Of a DNA stretch of 64,000 nt, positions 39,821-48,040 are shown in pieces. This stretch comes from a virus (Duplodnaviria; Caudoviricetes): IMG/VR virus record IMGVR_UViG_3300048502_000015, positions 96,425 through 160,424 of that record; one strand, 5' to 3'. The notes under the pieces were generated by a model. That model had not been told where the DNA came from. It did not search any database and worked only from the letters and a program-made list of their open reading frames with translations. The stretch's first letter is position 1. Each line of letters opens with the position of its first letter. The position numbers and the translations under genes were made by a program.

Positions 39821-40064
39821 TGCGCACCTACACGATTTAGTGTTCTCGGTTGGGGCGGCGGTCTTATTCGCCGCCCTATTTCCGGCAGTTATTCGGAAGT
39901 CAGTAATTCCAATCTCCACCTGTCTAATCACGGGTGGAGTTTTACTGATTTTCACGATTAACTATTTCACAATGAAATATTGGTATGCTACAGTAGTAGA
40001 AATGAGTAATGTAATCGCATGGGGTTATCTGCTAAGAGTCTCGTGGAAATTTAAGGGAGCGTAA
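39747..40064 (+). CDS. Membrane protein (3 TM; start uncertain)
   Basis: Hydrophobic; coupled to next gene. Confidence 0.5.
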   Translation: MPFLQLHFGAQSITLASYTIPLTFSAHLHDLVFSVGAAVLFAALFPAVIRKSVIPISTCLITGGVLLIFTINYFTMKYWYATVVEMSNVIAWGYLLRVSWKFKGA

Positions 40065-40402
40065 TGGGAAAAGCAAAAGATGAGTTGAGAAGTAGGGTTG
40101 AAGAACTACAGAGTCTCGCTGTCGAACTCGAAGAGGAGCTAAATTCGGTATATGATGAACTTTCAAATTCCGAATCAGAAAACAATGGTCTGAGCGCAGA
40201 TCTTGAGGCAGAAAGTGCTCGCGCAGATAGTCTCCGTGCTCATCTTGATGCCCAAGATGGCGTTGTGGCGGATCAACGGGAGAAGATTAAAGTTCTTCAG
40301 GGAGCCGTTGATACTCTTGCTGAAGATCTTATAGCGGATGCCGACGAAACTAAACAAGAACTACATCTTGTGTCGGTTCTTATAGATCTGCTATACTTGT
40401 AG
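40064..40402 (+). CDS. Acidic coiled-coil protein
   Basis: Heptad Leu/Glu pattern. Confidence 0.6.
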   Translation: MGKAKDELRSRVEELQSLAVELEEELNSVYDELSNSESENNGLSADLEAESARADSLRAHLDAQDGVVADQREKIKVLQGAVDTLAEDLIADADETKQELHLVSVLIDLLYL

Positions 40403-40404
40403 TT

Positions 40405-40602
40405 ATGTCTGTACCAATAACCATTCGTGGCGACGTAGATCAAGCAGCTATTGATCAGCTAAAGCTATGTACCGAAACTGGTAATGCCATCCGTGCTTCT
40501 ATGAGTGCGGATGGTCATTTGGGATACAGTATGCCGATTGGTGGAGCTATCGCCTACGCCGATCATATTTCGCCCTCCGGTGTTGGCTTCGATATTAAAT
40601 GA
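40405..40602 (+). pseudogene. rtcB: RtcB RNA ligase N-terminal fragment
   Basis: D..AIDQL, ADGHLGYSMPIGG, ISPSGVGFDI then stop before the catalytic Cys. Confidence 0.8.
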
Positions 40603-40641
40603 ACGTGAAGATAAGGCTTTGGCCTTCTACGGAGGATAAAC

Positions 40642-41532
40642 ATGGCATACTCAGCTAAAATATTACTAGACAGCGTTAGCCCGACCGGGGCACGTCTAAC
40701 AACGTTTGAAATTTGCCTTCCTCGATTTTGCCTTAGCGAGCTAAATACCCACAGAATGATCTCAAAAAATTCAGCCTCTTCTCGGGCTATCCCCGTATCT
40801 AAGGCTATTGCTGCCGTCCGTGCTGATCCATTTATCCCAGAAGAATTTGGAAAGAATCAACCTGGAATGAAATGGGATAATAGTCTTGAAGCCGACGAAG
40901 CCTTTATCGCTCGCCAAGACTGGATAAGCGCTTCTGAAGCGGCTATCCATTTTGCTGAACGTCTGAATAACCTTGAAGTTCATAAAGGACTTGCTAATCG
41001 AATTCTAGAACCATTCAAATGGCACACAGCCATTTTATCCGGGACAGAGTGGTCTAACTTCTTTGCTCTTAGAACCGACGTAAACGCCCAGCCGGAATTC
41101 CGCAAGATCGCTTTGATGATGCAGGAGTTGTATCAGAGCAACGAACCAGAATTAGTTGTTGAAGAGTGGCATCTTCCTCTTGTCGATTATCAGCATGAAC
41201 TTTATGGTAATCATCCAGATTGTTATCCAAAGAACCAAGACGCTGGTAGTGTCAATTGGGAATACTGGAAGAAAGTCTCTGTCGGTCGCTGTGCTCGTGT
41301 GAGTTACTTGACTCACGACGGGATACGCGATCCTCAGAAGGATGTCGAACTTCATGATCGACTTTGGGAATCAGGACATTTATCTCCATATGAACATATT
41401 GCTACTCCCGAACCTGCCGAACGCTATGCAGACGATTGGTATGAAGAACAATGGTCTGGTAATTTTAGAGGCTGGCACCAATATCGTAAGGATATTCCAA
41501 ATGAAAGCGATTTTTCATTGATCGTGAAGTAA
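40642..41532 (+). CDS. thyX: Flavin-dependent thymidylate synthase (phage type)
   Basis: ELNTHRMISKNSASSRAIP, HK..ANRILEPF, FFALR...AQPE, CARVSY, H.SP.EH. Confidence 0.88.
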   Translation: MAYSAKILLDSVSPTGARLTTFEICLPRFCLSELNTHRMISKNSASSRAIPVSKAIAAVRADPFIPEEFGKNQPGMKWDNSLEADEAFIARQDWISASEAAIHFAERLNNLEVHKGLANRILEPFKWHTAILSGTEWSNFFALRTDVNAQPEFRKIALMMQELYQSNEPELVVEEWHLPLVDYQHELYGNHPDCYPKNQDAGSVNWEYWKKVSVGRCARVSYLTHDGIRDPQKDVELHDRLWESGHLSPYEHIATPEPAERYADDWYEEQWSGNFRGWHQYRKDIPNESDFSLIVK

Positions 41533-41538
41533 TAAGAG

Positions 41539-41892
41539 ATGGCCATCCCAAAAGACTTTCAAGACCTACTGCCCGATAAGGCTCACGAGGAACCATATAC
41601 TGGACCGATCTATTGGGCTTGGTCCTTCAATCCGCAGACGGCCAAAGTCACTTTAATCCATAATGACGATACTCATCCGTCTAAGCATAGGACTCATGCG
41701 GACATTGACCTAGAGAATACCGATCCTGGACGGGTCAACGGCTACGCCTACAAGATTAGAGGCGGCTACCGGATTACTAACGATGAGCATAAACCAGTCG
41801 ATCCATTTATCTCAAAGCGTGTGCTAACCTTGTTACGAGGACACGAGCCTAAAGATCCTCTACCCCATATTCCATATCACAAAGGAGTCTAG
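41539..41892 (+). CDS. Hypothetical protein
   Basis: TAAT-N4-G-ATG start. Confidence 0.6.
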   Translation: MAIPKDFQDLLPDKAHEEPYTGPIYWAWSFNPQTAKVTLIHNDDTHPSKHRTHADIDLENTDPGRVNGYAYKIRGGYRITNDEHKPVDPFISKRVLTLLRGHEPKDPLPHIPYHKGV

Positions 41893-41893
41893 T

Positions 41894-42076
41894 ATGTATA
41901 TGCACGTCATCCCAACCTATAAAGTGGCTGTCAAAGATCTTAATCGAGATTTCCGAATTAGCGAATCCGATCTTTCTGCCTTTATTAGCGTGCTTCGATT
42001 TAACAATCTGACAACCTTTTCCGTAGAAAAGGAAAAGAGTCTTTTGGATACCTACAACGAAGCGGTTTCGACGTAA
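41894..42076 (+). CDS. Hypothetical protein
   Basis: SD AAGGAG. Confidence 0.5.
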   Translation: MYMHVIPTYKVAVKDLNRDFRISESDLSAFISVLRFNNLTTFSVEKEKSLLDTYNEAVST

Positions 42077-42077
42077 A

Positions 42078-42422
42078 ATGGTTGCCGTCACCCATATCTT
42101 TGCTTTCTGGGGCTTCTGGAGTTCTAAATTCGGAAGCGAATTAGTCAACTTTTTGGGAGGCCCAGTTCAAACCGCCGAGGGAGCCGGAGTATTCGTGGCG
42201 GTTATTACAGGGCTTTACCATATTATCAAGAGTAGAAATTGTCATCAGAAGAGATGTCCTAGAATCCAATTCGGTCCTCATCCTGATCACGGTCATCCGG
42301 TTTGCAAAAAGCACTATCAAGATCCTGCCGAAAATTTTGACCACGGGCTTTCAACCAAAAATCATAGGAAACCTCCGGTTGATCATCTAGATCCCGTAGT
42401 GTTCAAACGTTTGCCGAATTAG
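42078..42422 (+). CDS. Membrane protein with Cys/His motif
   Basis: TM then CH..RC.RI..HP..GH.VCKKH. Confidence 0.55.
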   Translation: MVAVTHIFAFWGFWSSKFGSELVNFLGGPVQTAEGAGVFVAVITGLYHIIKSRNCHQKRCPRIQFGPHPDHGHPVCKKHYQDPAENFDHGLSTKNHRKPPVDHLDPVVFKRLPN

Positions 42423-42453
42423 CAAAAGGTTAATTCCGCAGTTGTAATCGTAG

Positions 42454-42828
42454 ATGACCACAACTGTTTCTCTATCCCCGGCTCGTGTCCGGTGGACCAT
42501 TTATGAAGGAGCAACCTTCAAGCAGCAGATTACCGTTTTAACTGCGGGAATTGGTTCTAATCCCGTAGACCTTACGGAATATACAAATGCGACCCTAACC
42601 GTTCGAATGAGTATTGGAGGGTCTATCCTAATGACTCTTTCAAGCCCCAGTAACGGGATTGTTCTTGGAGGAACCCAAGGAACCGTTACGATCACAATCT
42701 CCGATACAGTAACGGCTAATCTTCCTTGGAAACAGGCGGTCTTCGATCTTCTTATTACTGAACCCGATGGAGTTACCGTTGATGCCCTTGTGACGGGCAA
42801 CTTCTCTGTTGGCGGACTAATTTCTTAA
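42454..42828 (+). CDS. Virion structural protein (BppU-N/Ig-like)
   Basis: IYEGATF, PVDLT.Y, GTVTITI, FDL.I..PDG, L..G.F.V. Confidence 0.65.
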   Translation: MTTTVSLSPARVRWTIYEGATFKQQITVLTAGIGSNPVDLTEYTNATLTVRMSIGGSILMTLSSPSNGIVLGGTQGTVTITISDTVTANLPWKQAVFDLLITEPDGVTVDALVTGNFSVGGLIS

Positions 42829-42851
42829 GGATTGCTAGCTGATAATCAATG

Positions 42852-42995
42852 ATGCTTGATACTACTATGCAAAATGTTAAGAGAATGACTCTTGAGGCAA
42901 CTATTATTCGGGCTGATGGATCTAGAGAAGAGCAAGGAATTATTGCGTCTTATGATTTGGACTCTCCTAAGGAGCCGGAGGTATCATGCGAGTAG
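42852..42995 (+). CDS. 47 aa protein
   Basis: MLDTTMQNVKRMTLEATIIRADGSREEQGIIASY...; TAAT-N4-G-ATG start; not in ORF track. Confidence 0.5.
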   Translation: MLDTTMQNVKRMTLEATIIRADGSREEQGIIASYDLDSPKEPEVSCE

Positions 42996-43306
42996 CAATT
43001 CACTTCGAAGATGGTTCGGTGGCTGCATATAAGCTCGGTAGAATTGTTGACGGCACTCATACGGATGATCTGCTTACGGGAAAGGTTACTCCAATTACAG
43101 ACATTGCTGACGCTCTTGCAGAGCAAGCTAAGGCCGAATATCCTGAGGCCGAAATTGTCATTGAACGATTTAAGGATAATGGCAACGGAACTGGTTCTTG
43201 GGTTTCTGTTGATAAGGTTGATAGCCCGCCTGTGGCTTCTAAGGTCATCGAAGGTCCGGTTTTATCAACCGGCCAAGAACAATCTACAACTAAAAGTGTG
43301 ATCTAA
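42986..43306 (+). CDS. Hypothetical protein
   Basis: SD GGAGG. Confidence 0.6.
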   Translation: MRVAIHFEDGSVAAYKLGRIVDGTHTDDLLTGKVTPITDIADALAEQAKAEYPEAEIVIERFKDNGNGTGSWVSVDKVDSPPVASKVIEGPVLSTGQEQSTTKSVI

Positions 43307-43948
43307 GTGGCAACTATTATTACAAGGACTGGGAAAGCTGTTCAAGCAGGTCGTATGACCGGAGCTACACCAACCCAGAATGAACCTAAGTATCTTTGTT
43401 GGGGAACGAACCCTGTACCAACGACAGCGGCGATCACCGATGTAGCTTTGTTTTTTGAATCGACTGAAGCTCGTACTGCCGGAACGGCTTCTCTTCAGAC
43501 AACTACTTACACCAACGATACCATTCAGTGGACCGGAACAATTACTGCTACTGCTACCAGAATCATTCAGGAAGCTGCTTTAGCCGATTCTGCTACTCAA
43601 CCCGCCCAAGGAACTGTTGCTGCCGGTGGAGTCGTAGGTTCTTCTGTTTCTACCACACTTAACACGGGTGCCACATTTTCTCCTACCAACACCGGATATA
43701 TTCAGATCCGTGGAGAAGTTATGGCCGTTACTGCCGGTTCTGGTACAACTACTCTGACAGTAACTCGCGCCCAGAATGGTTCTTCGGCTATCGCTACAAT
43801 CGCGGCCTCTGATAACATCGGAGTAGGAAACATCCCTGGAACTACTACAACCACTGGCGGAACTTTCTTAGCTCACGCCGACTTCCCTGCGATTAATTTG
43901 TCATCAGGGGATTCCATAAATTTCACATGGCGTCTTCAGTATACCTAA
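43307..43948 (+). CDS. Virion structural (tail/baseplate-associated) protein
   Basis: T..GK, PKYLCWGT, TDVAL..E...R, I.EA.L, INL.SGDSI.FT; Thr-rich; inserted VTRAQNGS module. Confidence 0.65.
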   Translation: MATIITRTGKAVQAGRMTGATPTQNEPKYLCWGTNPVPTTAAITDVALFFESTEARTAGTASLQTTTYTNDTIQWTGTITATATRIIQEAALADSATQPAQGTVAAGGVVGSSVSTTLNTGATFSPTNTGYIQIRGEVMAVTAGSGTTTLTVTRAQNGSSAIATIAASDNIGVGNIPGTTTTTGGTFLAHADFPAINLSSGDSINFTWRLQYT

Positions 43949-43957
43949 CGTAGTGTT

Positions 43958-44683
43958 CTAAACGGAAATCATTACCATTGGTGGCTTTCTATTTCCAATT
44001 GGTTCAAGCATTTCGGTATCCACAATTGATCGAAGATAAGCAATTGTTACTCCTGGGTGAGCGTGTCCTAATTGTGTCATAACTGACATTAGGCCAATAT
44101 TTTCTCGCCACCATTCTGTAGCAGCCGCATGACGTAATGCATGAGGATGAAAACGACGACGTAATTTTGCTCGTTCACCAACATCTCTAAATTGATCTCT
44201 TACCGCACTATCATGCATAGCTCGCCCAATGGTAGATCCCGAGAGGACACAAAAGATTTGTCCCGGAGGAAGCGTGCGACGAATTTCTAGCCAACGTTCA
44301 AATTCAACCCATCCCCAATCATCCATTAATACAAGACGACGTTTACCACCTTTACCGTTACGAATTACAATTTTACGTTCCCTGCGATCAAGGTCACGTT
44401 CTTCTAAAGCAAGTGCTTCACTAATTCGCATTCCAGTTCGCCAAAGAACTATAATCAACCCTCGTAACCGAACAGCCGAATATTCTGCTATTAAACCGGG
44501 ACGAAGAGGAACACATGCTTGTAAGACCGCAACAATATCCTCAACGGGTGGAGGATCTGGCGGATATCTGCGACCTTTAGTTGCAGGCGGTTTAGTTGGT
44601 TTATAACCACTAATGCTTGCTGGAGAACGTCGTCTTCCCCGAGCATCCAATAGATAATTTGGAATGCTATCTATAGAATCCAT
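43958..44683 (-). CDS. Tyrosine recombinase (short, invertase/Rci-like)
   Basis: Full catalytic set: TGMRISE (R), GKGGK (K), HALRH (HxxR), QLGH (H), TIAYL (Y); 241 aa with no long N-terminal arm domain. Confidence 0.92.
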   Translation of the reverse strand: MDSIDSIPNYLLDARGRRRSPASISGYKPTKPPATKGRRYPPDPPPVEDIVAVLQACVPLRPGLIAEYSAVRLRGLIIVLWRTGMRISEALALEERDLDRRERKIVIRNGKGGKRRLVLMDDWGWVEFERWLEIRRTLPPGQIFCVLSGSTIGRAMHDSAVRDQFRDVGERAKLRRRFHPHALRHAAATEWWRENIGLMSVMTQLGHAHPGVTIAYLRSIVDTEMLEPIGNRKPPMVMISV

Positions 44684-44720
44684 TTAAATAGTCTCCGTTC
44701 TTAGAACAATAGGAGACTAT

Positions 44721-44729
44721 ATTATAGCA
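44721..44729 (-). promoter_or_regulatory. Extended -10 promoter of recombinase (TGCTATAAT)
   Basis: Lies directly 3' of site S1 on the minus strand. Confidence 0.7.
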
Positions 44730-44730
44730 T

Positions 44731-44757
44731 AACTTTCGCCAAACTCGGGAGTCGAGC
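44731..44757 (-). repeat. Putative recombination site S1
   Basis: GCTCGACTCCCGAGTTTGGCGA (44736-44757) is an exact 22 bp inverted copy of 50554-50575. Confidence 0.8.
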
Positions 44758-44895
44758 GCTCTAGCGGTAGACTCGCGCGATCGTGCCCGACCTAGTAGAC
44801 ACTCTGATGAGCGACGATCCGCTTTGCTCACGCCCGCTGGTAGTAGATATCTACGCTGTAGATGTTCATGACAGTCTAGTGCCACACGAACCGAA

Positions 44896-45081
44896 TCAGT
44901 CCGCCGCCGACTTGTCTTCCATCGCTTTGTCTACAAGTTGACGAATGCTGCCAGGCAGATTGTCGAGCCCGACCGGAAACACGGCACCCTCGGCAATGGC
45001 TCGTTCGCCGATAATCACCTTGTCTGTATTACGCTCGGTCATGATGACTCGAAACTCGACACGATGAAACTCAAGACTCAT
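44896..45081 (-). CDS. Small protein downstream of fibre (possible chaperone)
   Basis: ATGA overlap with fibre stop; inside the GC-rich cassette. Confidence 0.55.
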   Translation of the reverse strand: MSLEFHRVEFRVIMTERNTDKVIIGERAIAEGAVFPVGLDNLPGSIRQLVDKAMEDKSAAD

Positions 45082-46952
45082 AGGTAGCACTCCTTGACTT
45101 CGACGATCGGTGGGGAGCCGCCGAGGTTTACGATTTCGTAGTAAAAGCCGGGTGGCACGGGAAATGTCATGGACGTGTTGCTAGCGACACTTACCGCCCC
45201 GGACTGAAACACGTCTGTGCGGCAATACTCGGTCGTCGGTGGATTGTTGGCGTCCATGTTGATCTTTACGCCAGAGGTGACGCCGGTCGCGGCGGTCATG
45301 TTCATGGTTACCGTGACCAACGTTGTTCGTGTCGTACTCGGTTGATAGGCGGTACCGAGCGCGCGTGTGGGCGCAGAAGGCTGCACTGCCTGACCAATCA
45401 GCAGCGTTCCTGTAACGCCGTCCGCTCCATACCACGATGGCTGATTTGTACTGTTTGCAGCGTAAAGGAAGCCGCCGCTACTGGGATCGCTCGTAGGGTT
45501 TGTGGCTGCCGCTGCCAGTGAAATACCACCAGAACCACCGCCTGTCGTCGATGCGCCAGCGACGTAGAGCGTGCTTCCGAAATAGCCGTTGCGCCATTTG
45601 AAAGAGACGCTGCCCAGATCCTTCACAGAGCTAGAGATTGGTGTGTGCGTGCCCGATGTCATGTTGCCCGCGCTGTCGATGTACCAAGCCGGGGTCGATC
45701 CGCTGTCGCTGTAGACGATGATCGGGTTGGTCCAGCCTGCTGCGCCTTCGACACGAATCGCCTGATTCAAAACGACATTGGTCGGGTTGGTGTTGCTGAT
45801 GCGTAGGCCAATAGACGTTTTGCCTGATCCAGCCGTTGATGTTGCCGGGCTGAATTGGATGCGCGCGCCGTACTGGTTGACACCAACGTTGTCGGTCATC
45901 ACCGCGTCAATAGCAAAGAAGTCGCCACCGAGATCACCGCTGGTGTTCTGAATCGAGCCAATGAACAGGCCCATCTGACCAGACCCGTGGTGCTGAACGT
46001 TGCCCCAAAATACCTGCCCCGAACCGGCGTTGTTCTTGATGTAGACACCGCCGAATATCTGCCCGTACGTTGTTGGGCCTGTGTTGGAACCGGCGTTGTC
46101 GGTGAAGTTCTCGACGTAGAAGACGCCGTCTTTGTAGCCGCTGTCACGGTAGACGTGCGCGGCTCCCCACGATGCGCTTGAGATAAATGAGCCGATTCCG
46201 GCGCCGCTTTGGTTGGCGGCAGATTGGAGTGAGTCACCCGAAGCAGAACTGCTACTTACCACCGACGTTGGTAGCTGCCCAGGCCCAGATGCACCGCTAA
46301 TCGTATAGCGTGAATCTAGACTGGATAATGTCTTATGACTTGCAATTGGCCACCAAGAACCTGAAGCGTCTGTTTCCAACAAAACTGTTTCATCAGATAA
46401 TTTTAGAGTTATTGATCCCGAAGAATCTCGAATTCCGCCTGTAACTGTAACTGTGTTAATTGGTGCGGTTACCGGGGAAGCCGAAGGATAAGCAAAATTA
46501 GGAGTTTGAGAAGTGACCGTTAACGAAGTTGCCCCGGCAGATGCGGGAGCCGATAATGTCCATGTTTGGGAATTAGTTCCTGAAGTGAGTGTTACTATAA
46601 TTCCCGACGCAAAAGCATAAGGAATTGCAACTACTGGAAGTGTTGTTATCGGTCCTCCGGTAGAAAGAGGAGATGATAATGTAGTGCTTCCGTTAACGTT
46701 TTGAACCGCGATTAGAGATCCGGGAATTTGTCCCGATGGGAGAGCTTCGCTTAAAGCCCCTGCCGTCGCATTAACAGGCGTTAGTGTGTTGATTGCTAAA
46801 GTTGTTGATGTAGTAATTGGAGCAGCAACCGTCATTCTAGAGAATGCAGTTGTGTCGGTATAGGCCCCGATATGTTGGACCATAGCCTCAAAGTTAGCTG
46901 CGTCGGTTGCTAGACCAGAATAATCGGTCCAGCCAAAAGGAGTAATAGCCAT
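45078..46952 (-). CDS. Tail fibre / receptor-binding protein A
   Basis: Thr/Ser/Gly-rich; DLGS...KW...YF fibre motif; N-terminus paralogous to 48041 gene. Confidence 0.8.
   Translation of the reverse strand: MAITPFGWTDYSGLATDAANFEAMVQHIGAYTDTTAFSRMTVAAPITTSTTLAINTLTPVNATAGALSEALPSGQIPGSLIAVQNVNGSTTLSSPLSTGGPITTLPVVAIPYAFASGIIVTLTSGTNSQTWTLSAPASAGATSLTVTSQTPNFAYPSASPVTAPINTVTVTGGIRDSSGSITLKLSDETVLLETDASGSWWPIASHKTLSSLDSRYTISGASGPGQLPTSVVSSSSASGDSLQSAANQSGAGIGSFISSASWGAAHVYRDSGYKDGVFYVENFTDNAGSNTGPTTYGQIFGGVYIKNNAGSGQVFWGNVQHHGSGQMGLFIGSIQNTSGDLGGDFFAIDAVMTDNVGVNQYGARIQFSPATSTAGSGKTSIGLRISNTNPTNVVLNQAIRVEGAAGWTNPIIVYSDSGSTPAWYIDSAGNMTSGTHTPISSSVKDLGSVSFKWRNGYFGSTLYVAGASTTGGGSGGISLAAAATNPTSDPSSGGFLYAANSTNQPSWYGADGVTGTLLIGQAVQPSAPTRALGTAYQPSTTRTTLVTVTMNMTAATGVTSGVKINMDANNPPTTEYCRTDVFQSGAVSVASNTSMTFPVPPGFYYEIVNLGGSPPIVEVKECYL
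46254..46274 (-). repeat. Putative in-frame recombination site S2 (LPTSVVS)
   Basis: CTACCAACGTCGGTGGTAAGT; near the GC shift. Confidence 0.6.
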
Positions 46953-46958
46953 TACTTC

Positions 46959-47999
46959 TTAAGTATCCGAAACATACTGAATTGATTGGGTACTTTCCAC
47001 TATCCCTATATTAAATGGCCCATCCTCAAAGGTATAAACCCAATCGCCGTTAGGAATATAGACGTAAACCGTTTCATTGTCGATCTCAACAGGGTAAAGT
47101 AGGTATCCCGTTTCTTGTGAAAGGATCGATGTAGCTATTGGGTAGTAAAAGAATTTCCCAACTAAAATGGCATCCTCATAAAGCCTTAAAATCTTACTAT
47201 TAAATCTACTTATACTTATGTGTTGCGACTGTCCGTATCCCTGAGGGTAAGTGTGCGGATTTGGATAAAGGTAAGGGGAGGGGTAGGTAGCATTTCCCGC
47301 AATCAAAATTTTGTTAATTGATTTACCAAAATGAATAGCTTGAGATTGACCTATAACTAGAATCTTTGGAGTAACGTTTTTGAAAATGGTTAGACTTTGT
47401 GGTTGACCCGGAACTGATCCTGGAGTACTAGGGAAAAGTGAATTATTTGGATAAAGGTTATTTGACGGCCACAATCCTAAATTGCTTCCTGGAGTAAGAA
47501 CCTTACTAATAAACTTCGAAAGAGAAAGATTTTGTGATTGGGATAAATGGTTAATCTTAGCTAAATTCCGCCCGATAGTAATTGTTTGTGCCTGCGTTGG
47601 CCTAAGGACTTTTGCTGACTGACGAAGGGACAGACTTAAGTTTTGTGGTTGTCCCGACCCATCAGTTGGATAAAGGGTGGTAGAAGGATAAAGCGAAGTT
47701 GACGGATATAGAGCAGCATGACCACAAAGGATATAAGTTTTGTGAACCGATTTAGAAGTAATTATGGATTGCCCTTGTCCCGCGCCGCTCATAGGAAAGG
47801 AACCTGGATTAGGATACGATCCAGGATTTGGATATGAAGAGTTGCCCCCATACACGGTTACGACCTTCATAGTTCGGTTAGATCGACTTATATTTTGGGC
47901 CTGAGTAGGATTTATTCCTTTAATGACTTGTTTTTTGATCGAAAGAGATTGAGATTGACTTGTCGAGATATTTTCGTTGTACGTTGTCATTACACCCAT
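46959..47999 (-). CDS. Repeat-containing virion protein (YPxxxLYP motifs)
   Basis: Four triple-YP blocks and QxQx[IL] repeats. Confidence 0.7.
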   Translation of the reverse strand: MGVMTTYNENISTSQSQSLSIKKQVIKGINPTQAQNISRSNRTMKVVTVYGGNSSYPNPGSYPNPGSFPMSGAGQGQSIITSKSVHKTYILCGHAALYPSTSLYPSTTLYPTDGSGQPQNLSLSLRQSAKVLRPTQAQTITIGRNLAKINHLSQSQNLSLSKFISKVLTPGSNLGLWPSNNLYPNNSLFPSTPGSVPGQPQSLTIFKNVTPKILVIGQSQAIHFGKSINKILIAGNATYPSPYLYPNPHTYPQGYGQSQHISISRFNSKILRLYEDAILVGKFFYYPIATSILSQETGYLLYPVEIDNETVYVYIPNGDWVYTFEDGPFNIGIVESTQSIQYVSDT

Positions 48000-48040
48000 T
48001 ATGCATTAGTTTCCTTGACTCTTCTGGCAGATAAACATTG

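Noticed and set aside
43958-44683. Recombinase as a prophage integrase
   Set aside because: Short, no arm-binding region, no repressor or attP context visible; it sits against repeat sites flanking fibre tips. Integration cannot be fully excluded.
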